A stretch of 64,000 nt of DNA from Octopus vulgaris (lineage: Eukaryota). The stretch is taken from assembly GCA_951406725.2 (NCBI GenBank), contig OX597823.1:49414001-49478000 (forward strand), written 5' to 3'. The translations under genes were made by a program, and so were the position numbers. This document shows positions 38,701 to 51,678 of the stretch, one piece after another. The first letter of the stretch is position 1. Each line of letters begins with the position of its first letter. The notes beneath the pieces are model-generated. The model was not told the DNA's origin, did not search any database, and saw nothing but the letters and a program-made list of their open reading frames with translations.

Positions 38701-41279
38701 ATTTGGATGTTAATTGACCCTCGTCCATCTATAAACTTTAAATAATTATCATACCAGAAAAAAACAGCAGACTGTTTATTATCACTGAAGTTGCAATTTA
38801 CTCTTCTAACATAGGTTAGTTCTCTCTTTACATCATAAGTTTATTCATCTTATGTTGATCAAAACTACTCAACATATCTCCAGTCTCTTTAGTCAATGAT
38901 ATTGTTTGATAGCTTATTGTTTTACATTTGAATTTATCACAAAATATTCAAAGAGAAACATCCTAGACGTATGAGAAAAGATCAAGTTTATATGCCAAAG
39001 ATGCAATGCAACTTTAATGAGCAAGTTCTTAAAATTTGTCACTGTCTTGTGGCTTTTTGACACAACAATGATACAAGATAGACTTGACCTCAAGAATTGA
39101 TAAAGTTTTAATAGAATTTGTATTATACATTTGGATGAACTAACTAGATTACATTGTCAGGTGTTGTTGTGGGCAGGCTGTGTCATTGGATGTCACGACT
39201 ATATTATAGTGTTTCATTGATGCTGCTGTGGTACTTGGTTGAGTTAATGAATGAAAATATATTTCTTGAGCTACGGGAAGACGTAACTGAACAAGAGTTG
39301 CGAACATTTAACAGAAGTATTTATTATTGCACACGAAGACAACTGCATTGGTCTTTTACAAATAACATCATCATCATCATCATCGTTTAACGTCCTTTCT
39401 CCATGCTAGCATGGGTTGGACAGTTCAACTGGAGTCTAGGAAACCACAGCAATAATTACAGACTGGGAGAGAGAAAGACACTGGTTACAGATTGGCAGAG
39501 AGAGATAATGCAGTAAGATTACCGAAAGTTATTAGTACTGCAACATGCAGTTTTACCCAACATATCTGAAAGCATCTGTGCTATCTTCGTGGCAATAGAG
39601 GTTCCAGGTCATTTATCTCTACCATCTGTCTTAACTGTTTTCCTGGGTTGTCTACACTAAAGTCTGGAACTGATTAATGGCAAGAATGGTGGTATATTTC
39701 ACTCAGCTGCCTCAACATTTTGCAAAGAGTACAGGCACTAAACGTGGCATTTTATAGGGCACAAGAAGGTTCTGGAAGATTGAGTCACGCTACAGCTTCA
39801 CACTGATTAGGTTGCTTAATAGACTGATCACGTGAAATTAATGTGGTTTAATTGTGGTATCTGACCAGTTACCTAGCAGTTTGGTTTCAAATCACTTCTA
39901 CAACATCAATAAACCACTCATTAAATCATCAAGGTATATCAATGCTGAGATAATAGTGAAGATATTGCATATACTTCCCAATTGATTTCAGGAACAATTA
40001 ATTTTAGAATTTTAATTTTTGGAACAAACAGGGTTCCATCTAATGATCTTTTATATTTCTCTCATAAAACCTAATTTAACCATTAATTGTTGAAAGAGAT
40101 TTTCTATGAAATTGTAATGATTCCGATGTATCAAACTTGAATTAACATCATAAAGGAATATATTTGATATCCATAGCTAATTTGATTTGAAAAACATACA
40201 ATAATGTGGATGTCAGTGAAATATACATAAATTGATATATATACAGACACACACAGTTACACACGTGTGTATAACAATTAAATATATGATTTAATATATA
40301 TAATTGACACACAAGCACACGTGTGTTTCTGTAGGTTTATGAATAAGACTCGTGTATTTTTGTTATTTTGTTTTTTTTTGCAAACCAAAATAATATTTAT
40401 TAAAGTAAAAATGCAAAATTTAAGGAAACTAAACAAATGAGTGTATTCTTTGGAAAATAAAGAAACGAGTTTATATTATTAAAATGCATATGTAAAATCA
40501 CATCCTGGCAATGCGTATGTGTTATCACATCTTACAATGCATATATGATATAACATGATTATAATGCAAATATGATGTAAGAAGATATGTGTGTATGTAT
40601 GTGTGGGGCGGTGAACAATAGTCGTCTAGTCACTAACTATATTCCTGTATTCACTTTAAATGCTAATACATTCGATAATTTAAATTAGCCGTCGGTTGTC
40701 AAGGAAAAAAATTAGAGACAGCACTCATGTTATAATAAAATAAAAAGGAAAAAAAATATTTTGCAGTTATATAAATTTTAGTTTTTAAAAAATTAGTCTA
40801 AGGCTGCAATAATTTTTAATTGCTGCGAGGAAATGCTTAAATAACTATGGCAGTTGTTGACAACATTTCTCTCCCTTACTTCACTTTCCTATCATTTGTA
40901 TTGCAATGTAGGCAACAACGTAGCTTTTTTTTATTTTTTATTTTCGTTTCGTTTTGTTCTCTATCATATTACCACCCGACAACCACCTGTTGAAACAGCT
41001 TCGGTATTATTCCCCATCATACGTCGTCTTATTAGGAAAATATTTCTTCAAGTAAACTACTAGAGTGATACGATTTAATAATTTTATTCCAAGTTTAAGC
41101 TGTTATATTTTACTAAAAGACAGAGCAAAAAAAAATAATAAATAAACAATATATAAACAAGCAAATATTGAAGGTTTAGATATTTACAAAATCGTCTGAT
41201 ACTTTAAATACAAAATCGAAACTGATAGCATAACACATTAAAGCAAAGACCATATTTACATATAAATGAAACAGCGATG

Positions 41280-41580
41280 GGAGATATGGAAATGAGAGGA
41301 AGGAAGGGAGGGCACAAGTCGTTTCCTGCTACGGTGGCGGCGCAACCACCGTCGCACAACTGGAGATCCCTAAGTTTTTGCGTCAATTTGAATTGCGTCC
41401 CTTGATGCACTCTCCACCGTCACGTAGACCCTTGAGTAGGATGATGGCGAAGCGAGAGGTCTGCTAGAGGAAGAAGGGGAGGACTGGTATACCAGCTGAT
41501 CGCCGGCTCGTTCGGTTAGTGTCCACCGTGTCCACTTCACCAACAAAGACAAAAACACCCGAGGACACGATCTGTAAGTA
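41280..41580 (+). promoter_or_regulatory. Putative promoter and non-coding first exon (CpG-rich island) ending at donor CT/GTAAGT (41574)
   Basis: Non-repetitive GC/CpG-rich patch within a CpG-retaining, SINE-free zone (about 40600-44400) in otherwise CpG-poor DNA; consensus splice donor; short uORF at 41441-41467. Confidence 0.6.
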
Positions 41581-42208
41581 GTGACTACTACTACCTTTTG
41601 AGACCTGTTTACTCATCACTGAGTTGGCTACTCTAAACCCAATCTACCCGTATCGTGCAGTAAGCAAAAGCTGGGCCCCTGTCTAACTTACACCAAATGA
41701 CCTTACTGTTTAGATTTCTGACCTACTTCGTTAATCTATCGATATTGACAAAATGATTGACTATCGTTTATTTGTCTGTTGTTTATCCTCCTAGTGCTAC
41801 ACAAACTGACCCTTTCGAAAAGAAGATTCTAAGCTCTTTTACAAGAGTAAAAAAAAAAATACAGCGAATCTTATCTTTCTCTCTCTCTATTTATCTGTGT
41901 AGGTAAGGTGAGTTTCTCTTTCTCTCCTCGAGCTGACATCCGTCTGATAAGCCTCTTTACCGATTGCTGACGCTAATATTTTGAACTAACTATCTCCAGA
42001 CCTTCATACAAATTTCCTTTCCCATAATTTCCCTATATCAACGACATCATCGTCGATTACATTTAACTTTCTATTACGTCGATCGTTCGCTACGTCACTT
42101 CGCATTTATTTTCCTTCTCTCCCTTCCGTCTTTGCTTTGCTCTTTCTATGTCGTATATTATCTGTTTATATTGGCGTGTGTGTGTGTGTCTATATATATA
42201 TATTTATT

Positions 42209-42239
<31 letters not shown>

Positions 42240-43141
42240 GTAGCTCCTTTTTCATTGCACCACCACCACCACCGAATTGCATAACATCGACATCATGCTA
42301 CATATTATTATTGACTATCAAAATGTAGAATATGTTGATTTACGACCCACAAGTATTGACATGCCTTGGTTTATTTCGTTACATTATAACTGCTTGAAAC
42401 GTGGATTTTATTATTGGCTGAGTGTGTTGATTTTGCTTTATAATAATTATTATTACAATGAAAATTGCTTGAAATGCTGAGTTCTGTATAAATGGCCCTG
42501 GTTTGTAATCTTTTCTAGTTGGTCTGTCTGCAGACAGCGCCAGTCAGCTTCTCGGCAATGGTCATGTGTCTATCAGTTTGTCTATGACATAACCCTTTCC
42601 TCATATAACCACGTCCACTTACAATATATTCCTTTGCGCTCTCCCTCTCTCTATATATATATTTATATACACACATATATATATATTCGTTAAATAAAAT
42701 ATCTTTTCGCTTCGTAGTGAGCTTTCCTTAATATATATATATATATATATCTTCGCATATACTTCGTTTATTTATATGTTAAGATGAAAATATTTATTTT
42801 ATCGAGGTTTTGAGACAACAGGAACTGGCTATTGGTATTACGTGTTCGCCAGTCGTCAGTGTTTGATCTGATAGCCAGAAAATAATACTAGTATAGTTGT
42901 TTTTGTTTTTTTTTTAAAGAGGCTTTTTTGTGCCAATTTCAACAAGCCAAATGTTTATGAGACAAATAGCCATACAGACATTCGATTTTTAACGGCTTAG
43001 ATATATTAAAATATTTCGCTTTTATTAAATAATCCTCTGCTTAATTACTATTGTTGAAAATTATACACAAAAGTCTATTACTACAACCGTGTTACTTCCT
43101 GTATTGTGTTGAAATTCTGACTCAACTCAATCGATACACTC

Positions 43142-43172
<31 letters not shown>

Positions 43173-43332
43173 TGTGTCTGTGTGTATATATATAAACATA
43201 TGTGCATGCTGCTATTTTAAAGAAACAGAAACGTGCAGATATAGAGTATGTACAAGAGAAAAATTATGAAGATATAGATATTTTATTTGGTTGTCTACAA
43301 TAACTTGATACGAAAGTATACATACACATACG

Positions 43333-43413
<81 letters not shown>

Positions 43414-44399
43414 ACACATACATCTTTTGGATACAGAGTTCTACATAGAAATTAATAATATATTTAGTAAGTTGGTCTTTTTAGAGTTTTTAAATATTTT
43501 GCTTATGTTTTTAACTTACAATCAACACTTGGTTGTTATATCTCGATATGGATTACTTCGTTTGCATTGTCATTTTTAAAACATAATAATTCTTGCTGTT
43601 GTTACTGTGTTTACCAAATACATAGATAACACTACAAGGATTTTATTAACGCTTTAAACATAGTTTGTCATGAATTGCAAGTTTCTTCCTCGTAAACTGT
43701 TTCTTCCTTTTTGAAATCGTACTTCCCTTTTCTAACACCTGTTCATTAAATCCTCTCGTGTAACATATGGGTAAAGTTTGGAAGTGAAAATGCAGCAGTT
43801 AAATAAATCTTGCTAGAATTTAGACAAATGTTAACTCCTCATAATTGATTAACATACTTCATTTCATGATAGTCGTCTGATTTGTTGTATTTTTATTCAT
43901 CGAAGAAATTCTTTGTAGAATAAAATCGGGAATTTAATGAAGATTACACGAGATTGTATCGTTGTCTGCTATGTGGGTTATATTTTTGTGTGTGAAATAA
44001 AAAAAGCCAAGAAAATTATTCGAAAGAAAGACCTTGTGTGTATGTAAATGGTGGAGAATCTATTTTTAATTTCATTTCGACATTGAATATTTATGGAGTG
44101 AATCGAGTTTCGTCATGTAAGGGAGACAACTACTGATCTCATCGGGTCGACACCTCACTGAGTTTCTTTCACATTCAGTTTGAAGAATTCAATCACCGTA
44201 AAGAAGAGTGGTGACTTTAAAACTTTCTTCATCGTTTCCTCTTCCTCTCTTGCCTGTATGACTAATTTGATCTCAAAGTCTGAAACAGTAGTTGGCGGCT
44301 TCAGACTTTCTTGTTCTGGAGCTTTAACTCCAACTCCTCTCTCTCGTATCTATAAGGTGTGACGGAAACGTTAAATTATCATAGACTTGAGGAGTCACT

Positions 44400-44800
44400 G
44401 ACCTTTCAACCTTAACACACCCACTCATCAGCTTATGGTTTCTGAAATATTGTGTGTTTCCATGACACCAATAAAGTTGTTGTCGGTTTGTTGAGAAATT
44501 CTTTGCTCTCTGCTTTCCATATGGTTCTAATTCTTGTCATTGTTCATTGGATCTTACTATTGGTCCAAGACAGAAGCTTGCAAATAATTGAAGGGATTAA
44601 GTCAAACTGTAAGAAAAAAAATCTATCAAAACAAACATGCAGAGACAAGTTTAATATTTCTTCAAAATACCTGCTCTTAAAATGTATAATTGTGGAGCTT
44701 GAACTTATCACAAGCAGAATTCTGGTTGCTTGTGCTAAGATATAGGCCATTTCCAAATGTATCATCTTAACACATTGTCTTGATATTGCCTATACCTATA
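44400..44800 (-). pseudogene. Possible second Penelope-like endonuclease relic
   Basis: Fragments SWT-IVRS and EFLNKP resemble 22520-23060, followed by ctgatgagtggg..gaaa; weak. Confidence 0.35.
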
Positions 44801-45379
44801 TGGGTTAGTTGATTCTAACTGATCTCCAACTTAGGCCACAAACACTAAAAGTATACAGTGATATTTTACAATAGACAATGATGTTTTGGATTTGTGGCAG
44901 AAAGGAAATTGCAAGTTGTACCCATTGTTTTATCAGCAACACTTACTGAGTGATACATTGTAATAAAGTGATTCGATGAATGCATTTTTGTCCAGCTAAT
45001 GATAAAAAAAAGAAAAGTTATAAAATAGCTATTAGGAACCTAAAAGAAGTTTCTATAGAGAATAATTTGCATATCTTTTATTATATTCGCTTTTTAGTTT
45101 CGGAACCATTATACATCTTCTTGAATCTTGAACTGAGTATCTTGTTCTATTTAAGAAATTATTTCAGCCTTCTCCTTATAATCTTAGTCTATGTTGTCTT
45201 TGCTTTGAAATTTTTGGTCTTATTTAATGTTAGCTGCAGATACTTTCTATAAACTCTTGTCCTGGTTTAGTATATGATCCTCTTGAAAGTTTTAGTAACC
45301 TAGGTGCAAAACTGTGGCCTACAACTTTTAACATTCACACATTGAGGTTAACTGTCAGTCAGCTAGAACAGTGCTTTAA

Positions 45380-45597
45380 CCCTCTAGCTTTCAGATAATT
45401 TTGTCAAATGTAATGTTTATTTACTTGCATGGTTTTGAATTAATCATGCATTACACCATAGCTATGAGACTTTGTTGATGTGATTGTGTACTTATCTTGA
45501 ATGACATTGTAGGGTAGGCGTGAGAGATTGGATCCTCTCTTTTTGAATGTAAAACCGGATATTTTGGCTGGATATGGCCTGTTTAAATGCTAAAGGG
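45380..45597 (-). mobile_element. piggyBac-type MITE family 2
   Basis: TTAA TSD (45376-45379, 45598-45601) with ends CCCTCTAGC..GCTAAAGGG. Confidence 0.85.
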
Positions 45598-45879
45598 TTA
45601 ATGAATTCCTTGTGAAGAATCTAAACTAGTTTTCAAGCATCCCGACAGTTTTCCATTATTGAAATATACATACCAAATGATTTTATTCTGATATGATCAC
45701 ACCAAATCTTTAAAGAGTTTTTTTTCTCACCACTATTTCAAAATCTTTATAATCACTTTCATTTCGCTTTCATTTAAAGTTTATTACTTTAAATTCCAGT
45801 TAGTTTAACTGAGCTCAGTCATATATTAAAATTGTTATAGTAATACTTTTTTTAATTAATTAGAGGAGGACTGGTATAA

Positions 45880-47400
45880 CTCAATGGGTTTTTTTTATGG
45901 CCCCTCCCAGGCTAATGATATTCTGGTGTTTGATGTAGGTAGGAATGGAATCAAATTTAGAGTTGCAGCTCTAGTAGGTGACGTACAGTAAAGGAACAGA
46001 AACAGGCGAGGTATATTTGGTAGAGAGGATATGCAGGCTGCTAGTTCAAAGATATGGAGGCCTTTGTAGTAGTGAGAAGAGGTAGAGAAAAGCAATAACA
46101 TGTCACTGAACTCATGGTTGTAGTATGTGTTGACTGTGATATTGGATTTGTGTGTGTTGTGTTGCAGCAGCAGTGTTTAAGATTTATGATCAGTCACAGT
46201 CCTCTAATGAGGATCACAATAAGTAGATTATTAATGTAGAGAATGAAGTGTATCAGACTGGATGCCTTGTGATATTTGTTCTGGCTTTTTTAAATCTGAG
46301 TTTACTTTCTACCTTGGCCTATATGGCCAGTACACTTAATCCTTTTTCTGGTTTCACACCACCTCCTGTCTCTAGAGTGCCTTTAGTGAACTCCATTCTG
46401 TGGCCACCATTTTGGCAGAGGACTGTGGTTTGTGGATACCTTCCTGCTTTCTAGCCGCCAGTTATCTCATATGTCCTATGACAGAGTGTGATTTGAGGGA
46501 AATCTGATTGCAATTTCAAGTAGGTTGGTAATCATGTAGTGGCTCCTTTTTTGGCTCATCAAAGTTCTTAGAACTGTGTTGCCCCTAATACAAGACATTA
46601 GAGAAGATGTCTCCAATATATCTTGCTCTACTGAGACACAATGTTTTCAGATACTGAAAGTGAAGGCAATAAGAGAGCAGTTGGCAGGTTTAGTGAAATT
46701 ATATTACTTCTGAATATACATTTCCATATATTGGGGTTGATCCTTGCAGATTGAAAAATTTGATAAGTGTAGGTAGGAGATAGCTCTTAAGTGTACTGTT
46801 AAAGGCTAAAAGCAGGTGGTTGTTAGGGCCAGTTGCTTTGTTGGGTTGGAATGCAGGGAAGTTCGCATTTGACAGTTTTGGTGACAAAAGCAGAGTTTAG
46901 TATATGCTTATTGTGGAGTTAGAGACCAAAAATGGTGGTTTTAGTAACAGGATCATATTTATTGCAGGAAGTAAAAGGCTTCTATAAAGTTGGTGGGGAC
47001 TATCTTTGGAACATTCAGTCTGGCTATAATCTAGGTGAGAGAGAGCTTGTAAGTTGCATGATGTTTGAAGATATCATTTACTTTCCTGATTCACCTTACA
47101 GATATTGCATTGGTGAGTAAAACCTTCCAGTTGGTAATTTTGGGGGACTCTTTCCAGGTGGTATTTAGGCAATATTCTTTACCCACACTGCTGTTGTTCA
47201 GTTGTAAGGGAATCACTTGTAGGTTTTAGAACCTGAATGTTGTGCAAAAGATGATATTGGCTCCTTCTTTAGTCGTCTCAAATATTTAATGGATGAAACA
47301 CACGTTACCAAGGGTAGTCAGCATAGAACTGCATTAGATCCAAAGCTTGAAATACTGCACAAGCATGGATCTCAGAAAATTTCCAACAATGTCAGCATGG
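45880..47400 (-). pseudogene. Decayed CR1/L2-group LINE relic
   Basis: Fragments NKATGPNN (KAPGPD-like) and YYKGLHIFELAA (YY.G..S.EL-like); heavily degraded. Confidence 0.35.
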
Positions 47401-47424
47401 TAGTAGAATTTGCAGAATGTATTC

Positions 47425-47810
47425 TCTTTTATTCTTTTACTTGTTTCAGTCATCTGACTGTGACCCTGCTGGAGTACTGCCTTAAAGGGTTTTTTAGTTG
47501 AAGAAGTAGACCCCAGGACTTATTCTTTGTAAGCCTGGTAATTATTCTGTCAGTTTCTTTTGCTGAACTGCTAGGTTATAGGGACATAAACACACCAACA
47601 TTGGGTGTCAAGCAATGGTGGTGGGGACAAACATACACACGCACACATATATATATGACAGGTTACTTTCAGTTTCCATCTACCAAATCCACTCACAAAG
47701 CTTTGGCCAGCCCAGGGCTATAGTAGAAGACACTTGACCAAGGTCCTCGCAGTGGGACTGAGCCTGGAACCATGTGGTTGAGAAGGGAGCATCTTACCAC
47801 ATATCCACAC
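47425..47810 (-). mobile_element. SINE family A
   Basis: Reverse-complement full copy. Confidence 0.85.
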
Positions 47811-47939
47811 CTCAGTATCTTTTTTTTATTATTATTTCACTGGTTTTAGCCAGACACTGAGGCCATACTGGAGTGCTGCTTTTCAGTGTGATTTTCTTTT
47901 CTGTACAGTTTGTGATCTAGAAGTAAGTTGGACTAAGCT

Positions 47940-48240
47940 GCTCTTCTTTGTGTCTCCTGTCACGGTGTGGTAAAAATCTCAGGTAAAAATTTGCCCAGAT
48001 GTTCTTTGAAGCCCTCCACATCTACATCTCACAAATCTCTGAGGTTGTTTGGTAGAATGTTAAACAGTTGTGTATCCTTGAAACCCAAGCTGTTACACCA
48101 CTGAGTCCTTATTCTAGATGGAAAAGACAGGATCTTTGGTAGCATGCAGTGCCATTCAGTTTGATGGTTGGCAAAGCTCTCAGTTGCGAAGCTGGGAGCT
48201 AGACCATCCAGGATCTTCCATATGTACATCACTGCATATT
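47940..48240 (-). pseudogene. CR1/Jockey-group LINE ORF2 C-terminal relic
   Basis: MYIWKILDGLAP..NSLGFKDTQLFNILPNNLRDL..FKEHL. Confidence 0.7.
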
Positions 48241-48454
48241 ATTGAATTGCATTCAATGTTATCACACAAGTACAATGATAACTGTAGCAGAAAGAGAACC
48301 ATATGTTACTTTAATTGTAGTATAACTCTGATGGGTAAATCAAGCATATTTACCACAGGCACGGTAGACTTTACCTGTCAATGCAAAAGCAGAAAGTATA
48401 AAAGTTAGAACTAGCTACTAAATAAGAGGGGTTACTGTCTTACTCACTTACTCA

Positions 48455-48825
48455 CTTATTTCAGCCATGCTAGGGCACCACCTTGAAGAACTTTTAGTTG
48501 AATGGACCCCAGTACTTAATTTCTTTTTAGTCTGGTATTTACTCTATCAGTCTCTTTTACCAAACTACTAGGTTACGGGGACATAAACACACCAATTCCA
48601 GTTGTCAAGTGGTGGCAGGGGACAAACACAGACATCAAAACACACACGCATAATTATATTTATATATGCTTATATGACTGGCTTCTTTCAGTTTCCATCT
48701 GACAAGGCTTTGGTTGGCTTGAGGCGATAGCAGAAGACACTTTTCCAAGGTGCCACACATTGGGACTGAACCTAGAACCATGTGGTTGGGAAACATGCCT
48801 CTTACCACACAGCCACACCTGCACT
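48455..48825 (-). mobile_element. SINE family A
   Basis: Reverse-complement copy. Confidence 0.8.
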
Positions 48826-49251
48826 TAGAATAAATTTCATTTATTCCATTAGATTCAATTGGAAACCAGCTTGTAAATGATAAAAACACCATTGTCAAGT
48901 CCTAACATGTCAGCACTTGCCAACTGCTACTATAAGGTAGATGTAATAATCTGAGTAAAAGTGACTATAAGGAGTTAAAATTAGCACTGGTTGTCAAGTT
49001 GATAGTAATGGACACTAGTGACCATAGTTGTCATGTTCCTTTAAGAACTGCTGTAGGGAAAATATTTAACTAAAATCTAATGGCTCTATTGTTTATTTGA
49101 TTTTGATTTTCAGTCATCTTAATTCATTGTGTTTACTGAAGGTGGATCCTTGACTGATTGAAACATGTTACATACTGGTTACATTTTGTTATGGAGAAAG
49201 TAGCGTAGAAACCCATCACAATCAAGTTCTGTGATGTATTTTGACCATGGT

Positions 49252-49672
49252 ACAGGCATGGCTGTGTGGTAAGAAGTTTGTTTTCCAACCACATGGTTCT
49301 GAGTTCAGTCCTACTGCATTGCACCTTGGGCAAAGTGTCTTCTACTTTAGCCTTGGGTTGACCAAAGCCTCATGAGTGGATTTGGTAGACAGAAACTGAA
49401 AGTAGCTTGTCTGTACGTGTATGTGTGTATACACACACACACACATATACATATATGTATTTGTGTGTCTTTGTGTCTGTGTTTGTTACCCACCACCATT
49501 TGACAGCTGGTGTTGGTATGTTTACATTCCCCATGACTTAGAAGTTTGGCAAAAGAGACTGATAGAATAAGTACCAGGTTTATAAGTACTGGGGTCGATT
49601 CATTGGACTAAAATTCTTTTAGGCAGTGCCCCAGCATGGCCACAGTCTAATGACTAAAACAAGTAAAAGATA
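49252..49672 (+). mobile_element. SINE family A
   Basis: Full copy. Confidence 0.85.
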
Positions 49673-50096
49673 TTAATACATATGTGTATGTGTGTGTATA
49701 TATATGTATATATAAATATATATATGTGTGTGTGTGAGTCACTGGTATCCTCCTTGTGTTTGGCTCACTGGTTGTAAACTATGGATTAGCTAATGGCATC
49801 ATTTGCTTGCAGTTTGCTATGAAAGCATGTCTAAGCTTTTTGAAATGCATTGACATGATGCACAGTCTTTGTAAAGAGCAGCCCATGTTTGTTTGGTTCC
49901 AGTTTTCTTGTTGTTTGATAAGCTACCTAACTTTGAAACAGGTTGGTTTTTGGTGACAGACAGGAAGGACATCCAGCAATAGAAAAGCTCTCATCTGACT
50001 AATGCAAGCATGGAAAAGTAAACATTTAGACACTGATGATGATGAGGAGGAGAAGGTGGAGGATTATGGTGATGATGATGATGAAATTTTACTTTC

Positions 50097-50495
50097 ATAT
50101 CTTTTACCTTTTCCTTGTTACAATCATTGTGGACATGCTGGGGCACTGCCTTTAAGAATTTTTAAGTCAAATGAATCAACTCGAGTACTTTTTTTTTTTA
50201 AGCCTGGTACTCTTTTGCCAAACTGCTAAGTTACAGGGATGTAAACACACCAGCACCAGTTGTCAAGCAGTGGTGGGTGGACAAACACAACAAAAAGACA
50301 CATGTACTTACGCATGCATACACACACATATAGGACAGGGTTCTTTTAGATACCCTCTACCAAATCCATTAACAAAGCTTTGGTCAGACCAAGGCTATAG
50401 TAGAATACACTTGCCCAAGGTGCTATGCAGTGGGACTGAACCTAGAACCATGTGGTTGGGAAGCAAGCTTCTTATCACACAGCTGTGCCTGTGCC
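50097..50495 (-). mobile_element. SINE family A
   Basis: Reverse-complement full copy. Confidence 0.85.
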
Positions 50496-51678
50496 TATGA
50501 GACTTTCTGAGATATGTTCTATGTCATTTGAAATCTTCCTTGTTTTTACCTTGTTAACAACCCAGTTATCTTCTATATGCATCAAGTGCCATTCCCCTCA
50601 CTTAACTCTCATCAAGCATACACAAACACATCAACTATTATCATCTCATGACACTTGTCCTGCTGTGTATGGACAAGTGTATTGGTTGTTTGAGTAATGT
50701 TTAACAATGTTAAAATCAATCCAGGATATGCATAGTTAATGAAGTATAGTTAAGTATAAGTGAAGTGTTATGACGCTGGTCATATTTTTAGAACTACATT
50801 GTCAGTTTTTACCATTGCTGTAAATGTTGTCCTAGAATAGTCTAATGGACTTGACAATTTAGCACTTATTGGACATGAAGAGGACCTTAGAATTAGCTGC
50901 TTTGATTGTATTAAATTCTCTGGAGCAAATAACTCTAGTTCCGGAACATTTTGGCTCACTTTTAAAGCTTGGAAATTTAATTTCATCAGACAGACAAGCA
51001 GTAACTTACACATAAGACATTTACTGTATTGCAGGATTTAGAATAATCCTACTAAATCTTTTTTTTCTCCTTTCATTCTGTAAAAGGGTAAACAGTGTGT
51101 TGTAGAAGTTAGAAGTGTAATGCTGTCCTACAATGGAATCAGTAAATCTCAAATTACAAGAGAAAGGAGTTGAGAATGATCCACAAGATGTGTAATGTCG
51201 ATCTAGGGAAAATAGGCGTAGTGAATATCAGCTAGGATTAAAATGTTATATAATGATGAGATTAGTATAAGATATATTCTTTTACTGTTTGGGTGATGCT
51301 AGGGTATCACCTGCAATGGTTTTAGTCAATCGTGTCTGCCCTAGTACTTTGCCTGGTACTTATTATTATGTAAATCTACTAAGTAAAAAGCTAAGTTAAT
51401 CTGGGCATAAAAAGATGTAATCAGTACTGAGCCAATACTATGAAATATTTTTTGTTTGATGCACTAATAATCACTGTGACATTGCCGATAAATAATCCGA
51501 TATCAAGCCAATGAGAGAGAAAGAGCCTCTTTCAGTTTTGTTGGTGGCCTAGTAGAAAATTAGCAGCTAAATTTTTTTTTTAAATAGACCCTGCCATCTT
51601 GAAAAAAAAAACTGAAAGGAAACAATTGGTATATGTGGTCCCGGATGCACTGCATGAAAAAAAAAATAAAATGTATGT

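Noticed and set aside
41204-41558. Minus-strand ORFs in the CpG island as coding exons
   Set aside because: Short, no recognisable domain, and expected in locally GC-rich sequence.
50780-51013. 77-aa ORF in non-repetitive sequence
   Set aside because: No recognisable motif or exon boundaries; length is compatible with chance.
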